Below, piece by piece: positions 1-9,929 of a DNA stretch of 64,000 nt. The number at the start of each line of letters is the position of its first letter. Positions within the stretch are counted from its first letter, which is position 1. The notes beneath the pieces were generated by a model. It was given only the letters and a program-made list of their open reading frames with translations. It was not told the origin of the DNA and did not search any database. Position numbers and translations under genes: made by a program. The stretch comes from Methanocella sp. (lineage in GTDB: Archaea > Thermoproteota > Bathyarchaeia > Bathyarchaeales > Bathycorpusculaceae): contig JBLNCY010000031.1 in assembly GCA_050261115.1 (NCBI GenBank), positions 33,503-97,502 of the forward strand, given 5' to 3'.

Positions 1-1097
1 GCATTGTCCTTGATGTACTTGGCGTAAGCATCATCCTTGAGAACTTTGGCTATGCCCCACGCCAGTGAGTCGGGGTTGTTAGGGTAAACCTTCACGCCAG
101 TTACATCATGCTCCACGATCTCTGAGAGGCCACCTGTATCTGAAACAACTATAGGGCTCCTTGCAGCCATAGCCTCCAACGCTACAATGCCAAACGGTTC
201 AAACAGCGACGGCACCACCGAAACGTCGGCGCACCTTTGGAGCTTGAGCAGTGTAGGTTCATCCATGAAACCCTCGAAAAGCACCTTATGCTCTAGGCCC
301 ATGCTGCGAACTATGTTCAGCAATTGCTCCTTCATGTAGCCGCTTCCAACGATTATGAATTTAGCGTTGACCTGCGAGAGGATTTTGGGAACGGCGTTAA
401 TTAAGATGTGAACACCCTTTTCATAGACCAATCTGCCTACAAAGAGAACAATCTTTTCTTCTGGCAAAGCAAATCTGCCCCGGAAAGCCGCAATGTCATT
501 TTTCTCAGGGTAATTTTTGGGGTTAACGCCGTTGGGTACCATGACTAGTTTATCGTTTGGTAACCCGAAGACATAGCGGACATGGGAAACCATATAGTCG
601 CTGCAACAGATGACTTTCCAAGCCTCATAGGTGAGCCAAGCTTCGGTTTCGTGAATCATCCGCTCAGCGGTGGTGTGCAAGCCGTCGCGTCGGCCCATCT
701 CGGTAGAGTGCATAGTAACTAGAAGAGGTTTTCTGAAAATGTGCTTAAGCCCAATACCGGCGTTGGCAACCAGCCAGTCATGTGCGTGAATGACATCGAT
801 TTTGCTGCCGATTCTCTTCATCAACGCGGCGGTTTCCCGCTGCATATTCATGTTCATGAGGTAGACCCATGTGGCAAAGTCAGGGGAGGGGCTCTTGTAG
901 GAGTCGATGCGGTAGACTTCTACGCCGTCTACGACTTCGTGTGAGGGGGCATCGGGGAAGTCACAGGTTACAACATACACTTTTACGCCTTGCTTGACGA
1001 GGTATTTTGAAAGGAAGTAAATGTGGGGGGAAATGCCGCCGATGACTCTGGGCGGGTACTCCCAGGACAGCATCAAAACAGAGAGGTTATGTTGCAT
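1..1097 (-). CDS. GT4 glycosyltransferase (glycogen synthase-like), runs off the window edge
   Basis: Hand translation from ATG at 1097: MQHNLSVLMLSWEYPPRVIGGISPH... HAHDW ... FVGRLVYEKG ... PSLFEPFGIVALEAMA. Not in the ORF track because the stop lies outside the window. Confidence 0.9.
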   Translation of the reverse strand, partial: MQHNLSVLMLSWEYPPRVIGGISPHIYFLSKYLVKQGVKVYVVTCDFPDAPSHEVVDGVEVYRIDSYKSPSPDFATWVYLMNMNMQRETAALMKRIGSKIDVIHAHDWLVANAGIGLKHIFRKPLLVTMHSTEMGRRDGLHTTAERMIHETEAWLTYEAWKVICCSDYMVSHVRYVFGLPNDKLVMVPNGVNPKNYPEKNDIAAFRGRFALPEEKIVLFVGRLVYEKGVHILINAVPKILSQVNAKFIIVGSGYMKEQLLNIVRSMGLEHKVLFEGFMDEPTLLKLQRCADVSVVPSLFEPFGIVALEAMAARSPIVVSDTGGLSEIVEHDVTGVKVYPNNPDSLAWGIAKVLKDDAYAKYIKDN

Positions 1098-1716
1098 TCC
1101 GCTTACCCTCCGAGGCCCTACTGTAGCTTTTGAGCACCTCAGTTACCCAGCTGATCGTGTCCACAGGGATAACCGAAATCTTCTCGTTAGGAACCTGATA
1201 GATGCGTGCGACTTCTTCCTTCATCCACTCCGACTTCACATTAACCCTCACAGATTCAAAAAAACCCAGCCACTCAATGCTTTTGATAGCCAAATTATAG
1301 GCAGAGTTAGCGGTTGGCGACCGATGATCCTCCAAGCTTTCGACAGAATAGATAAATGGGATACCTAAACCGTTTTTGAGGGCAACGGCGGCGGGGATAA
1401 AATGCCAATCAAACACATCGATTAAATCGATTTGTTTAGCTGAGTCATAATAGAGATTTGCTGCGACTCGCTCGACTTCTTGGTTTAAGGTGAGTGCCCA
1501 TGTTAGCACGCCTATGTGGGTTTGCACGGGGTTGTTAACTCGTATGACTTTGACGCCGCTGGGTTCAATTGTTTCACCCGTCGCTTTGTCATCATATGTG
1601 ACAACGCTAACATTCATTTTGTGAGCTGATAGTTCAGTGGTTAATGATTTAACGTATCCTGATAGTGTTCCTACCACCCGAGGCGGATACTCCCAAGAAA
1701 AAACGATGGTACGCAT
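1087..1716 (-). CDS. GT4 N-terminal-domain-only protein
   Basis: SWEYPPRVVG and DVFDWH motifs parallel the neighbouring GT4 N-domain; the C-terminal EX7E donor domain is absent. Confidence 0.75.
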   Translation of the reverse strand: MRTIVFSWEYPPRVVGTLSGYVKSLTTELSAHKMNVSVVTYDDKATGETIEPSGVKVIRVNNPVQTHIGVLTWALTLNQEVERVAANLYYDSAKQIDLIDVFDWHFIPAAVALKNGLGIPFIYSVESLEDHRSPTANSAYNLAIKSIEWLGFFESVRVNVKSEWMKEEVARIYQVPNEKISVIPVDTISWVTEVLKSYSRASEGKRNAT

Positions 1717-1734
1717 AAGCGTGTCACGCTATCG

Positions 1735-1986
1735 CTAAGTAAATAGTGAGCAGACCTTGATGATGCCCCTTCCGTTTAGGTAATAGCGTTTCTTACCTTC
1801 GCCGTCATAGAAACTCTCTGCAAACCCCTCGTTCTTGTATTGGTCTAGTATACCCTCGATTTCTTGTGTGTCCTTTTGCAGTAGCCGTGCAACCTCTTCG
1901 CCCCGTCTCGCTAGATCGGCTGCGGTTGCACACAGGTTGTGGAGGGTCTGCAAAACCTTGTCTGGAAAAGGAAGTTCCTCTCTCAT
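1735..1986 (-). CDS. small winged-helix-like protein
   Basis: ATG at 1986 (MREELPFP...); helix pattern followed by a KRYYLNGRG wing. Confidence 0.6.
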   Translation of the reverse strand: MREELPFPDKVLQTLHNLCATAADLARRGEEVARLLQKDTQEIEGILDQYKNEGFAESFYDGEGKKRYYLNGRGIIKVCSLFT

Positions 1987-2050
1987 CTTACAATCACCGT
2001 GACACCACCTAGTACTCAAATCCAAATATAAACACCCATGTGCAAGAAGC

Positions 2051-3595
2051 CTACGATAACCCGGTGGCTTCCTGAACTTGTCGGCTTTGGCTGCTGAAGC
2101 GTTTCTTTGCAGCAGCTATAAGGGTTTTGCGGAGTTTCTCACCCTTCTGGGTTGACGAGGCTGCCTTGATGTCGCTTGCGAGTTTGGGGTCTTTTAGTGA
2201 ATGCTGTGCCCATGTTTCAAAGTCGCCGTTGACTGCATGGAACTCGACTGCCGATAGGTTAACAGCCGTGAGTGCTTTGGTGAAACCTTTTAGACTCCAA
2301 GCTTTCACACCGGTAAAGCGCGATTCGCCGCTGCCAGTATAGAAGAGGAAAGGCTCATTTGCCGTCAAAATAGCTAAGCGTAGTCTTGTTTCAAAGTCGT
2401 TGATGAGTGTCTGGGCGGCCACGAAGGCATCCATGGGAGACTCATATGGGCTGAAGTAGGAGTGCACTTCTCCGGGGCCTCCGCCTGCGGTGAACATGTA
2501 GTAGAGGTGGTCGCTTGTCTGGAAACACCGCCACAACCGCATGAACTCGGGGTCGTCGGCTTCCAGCACTAGCGGCTCTAGCCTGCGAAGGGTGGTGTAG
2601 TATGCCCATTGCATAACGTTGCCCAGCCAACCGGACTGGTCTCGTTGGATGTCTGCCCAGGAGACTGTGCCCTCTGTTTCGGGGACATCTACTTCGCCGG
2701 CGGATGCATGCCGGGCAACTACTTCGGTGGGAGTCACCATCTGCAGGTGATCATACTTGAGTAACTCGTCAGGGAGATGCCGAAGGAAGCTATGGATGCC
2801 GGTTTCTGGCCAATGATGCTCGCCGAAGGTTTCGTAGTCGGGGAATATGTTGATGACTTCACCGTTGGTTTTGGCTATCCAATTTGCATATTTGGGGGCT
2901 GTTAGCGGCCACTCAGGCCACCACCTAGCGGAGAAGCGGAATCCAACATCATCAGTTAATTTGTAGTTGCGAAGTAGCAGATGGATTTTCTTTGTGCCTT
3001 TGGGGTGGTAGACGAAGTTGGGGGATTTTTCGCCAAGAATCTTCTCGACGCCCTCAGTATAGATGCCCCTATAGCCCATCTCCTCGACGATTTTTGCGAT
3101 AGTGTTATTGTAGAGTAGCTCTGTATTCTCAAAAATCGTCGGAGAGTAGCCTAGGAGATCTTTGATTGCTTGATTGTGCATTTTTACTTGAGCGATAAAT
3201 TCGTCTTTTTCGGGGTAGAGGCTTGCAATGGAGTGGTAGTATGTTTGGTCAAGAAACTCTACACAGCCTGTTTTAGCCATCTGCTTGAAGGTTTCAAGAA
3301 GGTCCTTGTCATACATTTCGCACTGCTCAAGGTAGACGCCTGAGAGGCTGAAGGCAAATTTGGCCTGTCGCTTCTCGTGTCGGTGTTTGTCTATGACGTC
3401 GAGTATAATTTGGTTGGAGGGATAGTAGCATTTGCGTGCAGCGCGTTTGAATATATCGCGGTCTACTTCGTTATCAAAGTAATAGTTGAAGAGTTCTTGT
3501 TTGGTTTGGCGCCTGAAGGTTTTTCCTTCCCAAAACAGGTTTCGACGTAGCCGATGGGGCTGGTGAACCTCAAAAACAAACACTACATCAGTCAT
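2051..3595 (-). CDS. GH57 alpha-amylase with C-terminal DUF5752-like domain
   Basis: FEVHQP, QTYYHS, ENTEL, DYETFGEH, SWAD, QTSDH GH57 motifs; tail PFLF..G..AWSL..F...VEFH...GDF..W. Confidence 0.9.
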   Translation of the reverse strand: MTDVVFVFEVHQPHRLRRNLFWEGKTFRRQTKQELFNYYFDNEVDRDIFKRAARKCYYPSNQIILDVIDKHRHEKRQAKFAFSLSGVYLEQCEMYDKDLLETFKQMAKTGCVEFLDQTYYHSIASLYPEKDEFIAQVKMHNQAIKDLLGYSPTIFENTELLYNNTIAKIVEEMGYRGIYTEGVEKILGEKSPNFVYHPKGTKKIHLLLRNYKLTDDVGFRFSARWWPEWPLTAPKYANWIAKTNGEVINIFPDYETFGEHHWPETGIHSFLRHLPDELLKYDHLQMVTPTEVVARHASAGEVDVPETEGTVSWADIQRDQSGWLGNVMQWAYYTTLRRLEPLVLEADDPEFMRLWRCFQTSDHLYYMFTAGGGPGEVHSYFSPYESPMDAFVAAQTLINDFETRLRLAILTANEPFLFYTGSGESRFTGVKAWSLKGFTKALTAVNLSAVEFHAVNGDFETWAQHSLKDPKLASDIKAASSTQKGEKLRKTLIAAAKKRFSSQSRQVQEATGLS

Positions 3596-3799
3596 AGCGG
3601 TGTGCCTAATGGAGATGTGTTGGCGGCATATTTATCTCTAATTTTAAAGTGACATATGGGTTGCATGGCTGGTTTGTTCTCTAAAGGGGTTTTAGGATTA
3701 TTTTTCTGGTATTTATCCGAGACTGCCCAAAAATGGTTGTTTTGAAAAAGCTTTAATGACTACCTTTTGTAATTATTGTGGAGCAGTCGGGGAACGGGC

Positions 3800-5110
3800 T
3801 TGGCTGAAGGTAAAGAAGAAATCTACTCCATTATGTTTAGTTCACTTAAGCATCCAGCCCGCCGCAAAATACTACGTGTTCTATCCGACAAGCCCTTAAC
3901 GTTTTCCGAGATGCTTGAGTTACTCGGCATATCCAGCTCCAATTTAACCTATCACCTAGAAAACCTAGGCGAACTAGTCTCTAAAGACGAAAAAGGAGTC
4001 TACCGTCTCTCCACTTTTGGTCAAGCCGCAGTCGGCACCATGAAACTCGTCGAAGACGCCCCCGTGGTTCAACCCAAAAAACGTAGTGCCATAACCAAGA
4101 AATGGCGCATAATAACAGGCGTCCTACTTGTCGCTTTAATCATCGCCGCAAGCTTTGCTGCAATAGGGATAACCACCTTAAATTCGGCGGTGGGTGAGCT
4201 TGATTCTCTTCGAAAAAAGTATGATCAATTGTTATCTTGGACAAGCACCACGGATGATGCTATCGAGTTTCTGCAGAGGGTCGTGGAGATAGATACAACC
4301 AGATATGCGGCAACCCTAAGGGAACGCACAATCGAATCTAAGCCCAATTTGGGTGGGGTAACTGAGGAGACAATGAAATACACCCTAAGCGGAGTCGATA
4401 ACAGTGGCTCGGAGAGCAAATTAAGTATTACTTTCCGATTTCGTAACGGCCAATTCTCCCGCTATCAGCTTAGTATCGATGAAGGTTCACCGATATATGC
4501 GCAGCCTCAATCACCATTCGTGCTAGACGCAGCCAAGAACCTAGTCGACCGATTAGAAGACTACCTAAAAAGCCCATACTTATCTAACATGAGCCGCCTA
4601 ATGTCGCTAGTCAGCACCTCAGAGAGCATGGAGATCAAAGAAGGCAACCTAAAACTAAACGCCACCATCGCAGGAAATGACGCCGACGTCCTGATGCAGT
4701 ACACCGAAAACGGAGTGGACTTTGAACAGAAAGGTCTGCGGTTAGTGTTTGACGATGGGGTCCTTAAGGACTTGACGGATGGCTGGGGCCTATACAACAT
4801 CGGAAGCTCATCAGTAACGGTTAACCGCGACCGCGCAATAACCCTTGCAAAGAATGCCCTCAACGGCTACACATGGACCCAGAACGGTATGGTAATTTCA
4901 AGTTTCCAATACAACCCTGACCCCGCGCTTGTTATCTTCCGCCCAGCCACAAAAAACGACTTGAACCTCTATCCCCAGTACGCTATAACGTTCTTCCTTG
5001 ACAAAGTCTACGCTGGCGGCGTCTACATGATTGTAGTGTACGTGTGGGCAGATACTGGCGAAGTTGCGTACATAGAGCCGCGTGATAGCCCCTTATCATT
5101 CAGTTCATAA
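3800..5110 (+). CDS. ArsR-type wHTH + transmembrane helix + large extracellular domain
   Basis: FSSLKHPARRKIL..LTFSE..LGISSSNLTYHL; hydrophobic IITGVLLVALIIAASFAAIGI. Start placed at TTG 3800 (ORF track starts 3776). Confidence 0.8.
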   Translation: MAEGKEEIYSIMFSSLKHPARRKILRVLSDKPLTFSEMLELLGISSSNLTYHLENLGELVSKDEKGVYRLSTFGQAAVGTMKLVEDAPVVQPKKRSAITKKWRIITGVLLVALIIAASFAAIGITTLNSAVGELDSLRKKYDQLLSWTSTTDDAIEFLQRVVEIDTTRYAATLRERTIESKPNLGGVTEETMKYTLSGVDNSGSESKLSITFRFRNGQFSRYQLSIDEGSPIYAQPQSPFVLDAAKNLVDRLEDYLKSPYLSNMSRLMSLVSTSESMEIKEGNLKLNATIAGNDADVLMQYTENGVDFEQKGLRLVFDDGVLKDLTDGWGLYNIGSSSVTVNRDRAITLAKNALNGYTWTQNGMVISSFQYNPDPALVIFRPATKNDLNLYPQYAITFFLDKVYAGGVYMIVVYVWADTGEVAYIEPRDSPLSFSS

Positions 5111-5181
5111 CCCCTTTGTTTTCTGAAGGCTTTAGCCTGAAACTTTATACAAAACACAACGTACTCTCATAAAGAGCAAAC

Positions 5182-5466
5182 ATGCCTTTAACAGTAAAAT
5201 TCCTTGGCGCATTTCGTCATCTTTCTGGCAATAACCAACTATCATTAGAGTTCCAACAAGACAGCACTGTAAGAAGCCTAATTGAGCAACTCAGCCAAGA
5301 CATCCCGGGCCTGAGGCGAACCTTCACTGATGGAGACCTCAATGACGCCCGCTCCAACTCGCTGATCCTAATCAATGGAACAGAGATCAGTGTCTTAGAC
5401 GGCTATGAAACTAAGCTAAACGATGGAGACGAAGTTGTGCTGGTTCCGGTTGTTCATGGTGGCTAG
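5182..5466 (+). CDS. MoaD/ThiS/SAMP ubiquitin-like sulfur carrier
   Basis: 94 aa beta-grasp pattern, ILING, C-terminal VHGG. Confidence 0.9.
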   Translation: MPLTVKFLGAFRHLSGNNQLSLEFQQDSTVRSLIEQLSQDIPGLRRTFTDGDLNDARSNSLILINGTEISVLDGYETKLNDGDEVVLVPVVHGG

Positions 5467-5472
5467 CCAGCA

Positions 5473-6246
5473 ATGATTACGCTGACAACAGACTTTGGAC
5501 TCAAAGACCCCTATGTAGCAGAGATAAAAGCGGCAATCTTGGGCATTAATCCCCAAGCAAACATAGTCGACGTCAGCCACCTTGTCGATAAGTTCAGTGT
5601 ACGTATGGGCGCCTTTATCTTGGCTTCCGCTGCACCTCATTTCCCCAAGGGAACCGTGCATGTGGCAGTAATCGACCCAGGCGTGGGAACTGAGAGACGA
5701 GCCATCCTTATCGAAACCAAACAAGCCTGCTATGTGGGGCCTGATAATGGCGTTTTAATGCTGACTGCACAGGCACAGAGCATCAAGCACATCTATCGAT
5801 TAAGCAACCCCAAACTTATGCGCCAAGAAATCTCGAGCACATTCCACGGCCGAGACATATTTGCACCAGCTGCCGCATATCTCGACTTGGGTGTTAAACC
5901 TAAAGAGTTTGGCGAAGAAATCACTGACCCAGTCACCCCAGAATTCACGAATGTTAAACGCAGCAAAAGCGGTTCAACCGTAGGGGCAGTGTTGCACATA
6001 GATGACTTTGGTAACGTAGTTACTAACATTAAACCAGCAAATAACAAAGCCCAAACCATCAAAGTAAACCTACATCATGTCTCCTTGGAGCTACCTTACG
6101 TTAAGACTTATGGCGATGTTAAGGTGCATGAGCCTTTAGCGCTTATTGGTAGTCACGGATTTTTAGAATTCGCGCTCAACACAGGAAGCTTTAGTGAAAA
6201 ATACCGAGTTAATAACGAGGACCAAGTCGAGGTAGTCGACGTTTAG
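5473..6246 (+). CDS. SAM hydroxide adenosyltransferase (DUF62; chlorinase/fluorinase family)
   Basis: ITLTTDFG, VIDPGVGTER, GPDNG, STFHGRDIFAP, HIDDFGN. Confidence 0.92.
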   Translation: MITLTTDFGLKDPYVAEIKAAILGINPQANIVDVSHLVDKFSVRMGAFILASAAPHFPKGTVHVAVIDPGVGTERRAILIETKQACYVGPDNGVLMLTAQAQSIKHIYRLSNPKLMRQEISSTFHGRDIFAPAAAYLDLGVKPKEFGEEITDPVTPEFTNVKRSKSGSTVGAVLHIDDFGNVVTNIKPANNKAQTIKVNLHHVSLELPYVKTYGDVKVHEPLALIGSHGFLEFALNTGSFSEKYRVNNEDQVEVVDV

Positions 6247-7175
6247 GATTTTTTGAAGCCATCAACTAAGTCAGCGATGACCTTAACCGGATTTTCCAGC
6301 CCCGCCAGCTGCTCGGCTACATCAAACCGTCTACCCAGATACTTTTTTGCAAGCTCCATCACTCTGCTTTCGGCGGTTATGAATAGTGGAAAGCCTTTCT
6401 TGGCAAGGTAAGTGTTAAGAGGGGCCTTTGCTGCATCTGAGATGGCGACGCTTGGAACCCCCTGCAGCGCAGCTTCCCGACACACGGACCCACCATAGCT
6501 AACCACTAAATCCGCTTTCGAGACAAGTGCAGCTGAACTCTCAACCGAATTACCTTGACCTAGCAGGTATACTTCGCCTATTTCAGCAAGTTTTTCTGCG
6601 AGGGCCCTATTTTTTTCTGCCTGGCTTGTGCTCTGGTCATAAATGATTAAGGGCTTTTTAGAAGCTGAAGCGCTATGGGATTTTGAGCTCTCTATCCATG
6701 CAACCTCATCCACACCCTTAAACCTGACCACCCGTTGAGCACAGTAGGCTTTGGGGAACCGTTTTGGCAGAGCCTCAGAAACCACCGCCGTATGGGCAAA
6801 GGGTATGGTTAGACGGTTTAATGCATCGGCGTCGAGTTTGTCGGCAGTTAATATTATTGGGATGCCTAAGCCGTAAGCTGTTCGAACAACCTCAGCTGAC
6901 TGAGGCGTTATTGCAACATCGGGATTGTTATCTTCGAATAGCTTGCAGAATTCGATTATACGTTGGGCATTTGCCTGCAGCCCAGATATCAATGAGTCTG
7001 AGCTAGGCTTGCCTATGGCTTTAGGTTTCTCGCCATACAAACCAGCTTGCGACAGCGCTTCGGGGCAGTCAAGAGCGGTAAAAATGAATTCGTGCCCACA
7101 TCTTTTGAGTTCTTTGCTTAAAGCACAACCAAACTTTAAGTCCCTAATACTGTGCGCGTCGTACCAGACTTTCAT
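6243..7175 (-). CDS. DUF354 family GT-B-like protein
   Basis: MKVWYD start, AYGLGIP, FKGVDEVAW, GGSVCREAALQGVP. Confidence 0.75.
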   Translation of the reverse strand: MKVWYDAHSIRDLKFGCALSKELKRCGHEFIFTALDCPEALSQAGLYGEKPKAIGKPSSDSLISGLQANAQRIIEFCKLFEDNNPDVAITPQSAEVVRTAYGLGIPIILTADKLDADALNRLTIPFAHTAVVSEALPKRFPKAYCAQRVVRFKGVDEVAWIESSKSHSASASKKPLIIYDQSTSQAEKNRALAEKLAEIGEVYLLGQGNSVESSAALVSKADLVVSYGGSVCREAALQGVPSVAISDAAKAPLNTYLAKKGFPLFITAESRVMELAKKYLGRRFDVAEQLAGLENPVKVIADLVDGFKKS

Positions 7176-7687
7176 TAGCGTGGAACCTTTTGCTTTTCTG
7201 CCAAGAACTCTTCGCGTTTTTTCTCAAACTGCTCTAGGGTCATGACTTTTTTGGCTGGGCAACCAGCAACCACCGTGTTTGGCGGGACGTTTTTGGTGAC
7301 TACGCTTCCACCACCGACGACAGCTTTTTCGCCTATGGTGACGTTTGGCAGGATGGTGACTCCACCGCCTATAGCAGCCCCGTTTTTAATCACGGGGGGC
7401 GTCATGAATGGTGACTTGGGGTACTTGTCGTTTAGCAGACTGGTGTTAGGGGCTATGAATACGTTGTCGCCGAGTACGCAGCCGTTTGAGATGGTTACGT
7501 GTGCTTGGATGTTACAGTTTTTTCCTATGGTGACGTCTTTGCCTATGTCTACGAAGCTGCCGATGATAGTGTTGTCGCCGATTGTGGTGTTGTCGCCGAT
7601 GACGACGTAGTTCCAGATGGCACAGCCTTCTCCGATTTTGACGTTTGTGCCTTGGATAATGCCTAAGCCGCGCTTTGATGTTTGCAT
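7175..7687 (-). CDS. hexapeptide-repeat sugar N-acetyltransferase (WbpD/WxcM-like)
   Basis: Repeated IG.. hexapeptides, FIAPNTSLLNDKYP, GGGSVVTKNVP, VAGCPAK. Confidence 0.88.
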   Translation of the reverse strand: MQTSKRGLGIIQGTNVKIGEGCAIWNYVVIGDNTTIGDNTIIGSFVDIGKDVTIGKNCNIQAHVTISNGCVLGDNVFIAPNTSLLNDKYPKSPFMTPPVIKNGAAIGGGVTILPNVTIGEKAVVGGGSVVTKNVPPNTVVAGCPAKKVMTLEQFEKKREEFLAEKQKVPR

Positions 7688-7725
7688 GGCTTGTCTTTCT
7701 GTTGACCAACTTTAAATAGTTTAAC

Positions 7726-8664
7726 ATGGACTCTCAATCAGCAGTCGGAGACATCACTTTGCCACGTGAGAAAGTCTTACTTATCGGGTTAGGCGAAATC
7801 GGCCACACACTATTCAGCTTATACAATGAAAAAAAAGATGTTTTTTCAACCTTCGGCATAGACCTCGACGAAACAAAAATGCGCAAGCTAGACCAAGAAT
7901 GGAGCAAGGTCCCTCCACAGGTGGATACGTTGCAGGTGGCACTGCCCTGCGGCAACCCTGACCGATTCGCTGAAATAATAGCCGACTATGTCGATAAATA
8001 CAGGCCTAAACTTGCAATCATAAACAGCACGGTACCGCCTGGAACAACCCTTATAGTTGCAGAAAAATGCCACTGTGAAGTCGCCCATTCGCCTGCGCGG
8101 GGCGTCCACATAACTGCAGAGCACATGGTTTGGGAGATGAAGCGCTGGCCCAAATATGTAGGAGGCGCCACTCCAGCGGCAGGAGAGATGGCAAAAGCGC
8201 ATTTTGAAAAGTTGGGCTTAACGGTTAAGGTGCTTAAGAGTTGCCGCGAAACAGAGCTTGCGAAAATCTTTGAAACAACCTATCGTGCCTGGATGATTGT
8301 CTGCTTCCAGGAAATGCACCGAATCGCACGTTCCAACGGCGCAGACTTTAACGAAGCTGTGGACTTTCTTGAGGACACCCATCGCCAACGCCTTGATCGA
8401 CCCATAATGTTCCCCGGCTATATAGGCGGCCACTGCCTGATCCCCAACACAGAGTTACTGCTAAAAACCTACGACTCAGACATGCTACGACTCATCCTAG
8501 AATCGAATGAGAAGCGTAAAGAGGAAATGAAGAACCCCGAAATCAAAGCGGAAGCCGAGAAAGTAGCCAAGAGAGCAGAAAAACTCCAAAAGGACCTGAC
8601 GGGTGAGAAGAATCTTGTTTTGCCGCAGAGTCGGGGAGAAACCCGACTCAACTGCGATAGCTAA
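7726..8664 (+). CDS. UDP-glucose/GDP-mannose dehydrogenase family, short form
   Basis: IGLGEIG, INSTVPPGTT, ELAKIFETTY, GYIGGHCL. Likely start TTG 7759 after GGAG. Confidence 0.82.
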   Translation: MDSQSAVGDITLPREKVLLIGLGEIGHTLFSLYNEKKDVFSTFGIDLDETKMRKLDQEWSKVPPQVDTLQVALPCGNPDRFAEIIADYVDKYRPKLAIINSTVPPGTTLIVAEKCHCEVAHSPARGVHITAEHMVWEMKRWPKYVGGATPAAGEMAKAHFEKLGLTVKVLKSCRETELAKIFETTYRAWMIVCFQEMHRIARSNGADFNEAVDFLEDTHRQRLDRPIMFPGYIGGHCLIPNTELLLKTYDSDMLRLILESNEKRKEEMKNPEIKAEAEKVAKRAEKLQKDLTGEKNLVLPQSRGETRLNCDS

Positions 8665-8789
8665 AGTTGATGCCTGAATAATTTTTTCGTATGGATTCAA
8701 GCGGATTGTTTAGTGGTGCTTGAGGCAGGGTTAAAAAACAAAAATGAAAGAAATATGTTGGATTGGTTTCCGGGCAAGCAAACTTTTGC

Positions 8790-9080
8790 TTATGCTTTTT
8801 TGGTGAGAGTTATTTCCATCGTGGAAACCATTCTGGATTTGTTCTCGCCCTCACGAGGTGGCATCTCTGCGGTGCCGATTGCGATTTTAGATACTTTGAG
8901 GTCTTTGATGAAACGGTTTCTTGCGATCTCGGCTACGTCGACTGCGGTGGTAATGGCTTGGCCTCTTGCTTTGAGGGTGATCTCGTTTAGTTTACCTGAA
9001 GAGAGGCTTGTGATGATAGCCAATACATAGCTCATGGGGGGTTTGTTTCCGACGAAGATAACGTCTGCATTTTCGGTCAT
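8790..9080 (-). CDS. albA: DNA/RNA-binding protein Alba
   Basis: IFVGNKPPMSYV, KARGQAITTAVDVAE, VSTMEITL. Confidence 0.95.
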   Translation of the reverse strand: MTENADVIFVGNKPPMSYVLAIITSLSSGKLNEITLKARGQAITTAVDVAEIARNRFIKDLKVSKIAIGTAEMPPREGENKSRMVSTMEITLTKKA

Positions 9081-9287
9081 ACCATTTTACTCCTTATGTG
9101 TCTTTGTGTAACGTTGCTGTCTTGCGCTCTGTTGCGCTCAGAACGTCACTGCCCAATATTGGAAGTTCCTCCTAATAAGGTCATTGAAAGATAACGGCTT
9201 GGCAGCTAACGACTAAGTGGGTTCCAGTTAAGAAAGAAATATCTACATGCGACCCCTAATTGGCTACAACCCCCGGACGCATCCACT

Positions 9288-9929
9288 GTGCTCACCATAC
9301 TAAAGAAAAGAATTCAAGAAATGCTTGCCACAGAAGCAAAAATAGCACACGAGCTAGGGCTAACACCCAACCACATCAGCGTCATCGGCTTCATTCTTGC
9401 CATAGGCACAGCGGCAAGCTATGCCTTCACCACTACGGAGTCCCTTTGGCTGCTATTGTTGGCGGTGTTTTTCATGATGGCTTCGGGGTTTTGTGACGCC
9501 ATGGACGGTATCGTTGCACGTACATTTCAGCAGGCCTCTAAATTCGGGGGCTTCTTTGACTCCGTATTGGATCGCTTTGCTGACGCAACATCATATGCAG
9601 GGATACTGGTTGCGGGGCTTTGTAATTCGGCTTTTGGGGTTTTCTGGGGAACCATCGTGACGTTGGCGGCGTTAATTTCATCGATGCTTGTTAGCTATAC
9701 ACGGTCTAGGGCGGAAGCCATCGGGGTAAAGATGGAGTCGGTGGGTATTGCTGAGCGTGCGGAGCGTATGCTGATTCTGGCGGCTGTGAGCATAATGGGT
9801 TTTTGGTATCTGCCAATTTTGGGTTATGGGGTTGCCTTAATAGCAGCCTTGTCAACCATAACGGTTCTACAAAGAGTATGGCATGTCTATGTCGAGTTAA
9901 AGAAAGAAAAGCAGCTTAAAACTGCTTAG
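9288..9929 (+). CDS. CDP-alcohol phosphatidyltransferase (archaetidylinositol phosphate synthase-like)
   Basis: TPNHIS, DAMDGIVAR...GGFFDSVLDR, VSYTRSRAE, GIAERAER. Confidence 0.9.
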   Translation: MLTILKKRIQEMLATEAKIAHELGLTPNHISVIGFILAIGTAASYAFTTTESLWLLLLAVFFMMASGFCDAMDGIVARTFQQASKFGGFFDSVLDRFADATSYAGILVAGLCNSAFGVFWGTIVTLAALISSMLVSYTRSRAEAIGVKMESVGIAERAERMLILAAVSIMGFWYLPILGYGVALIAALSTITVLQRVWHVYVELKKEKQLKTA

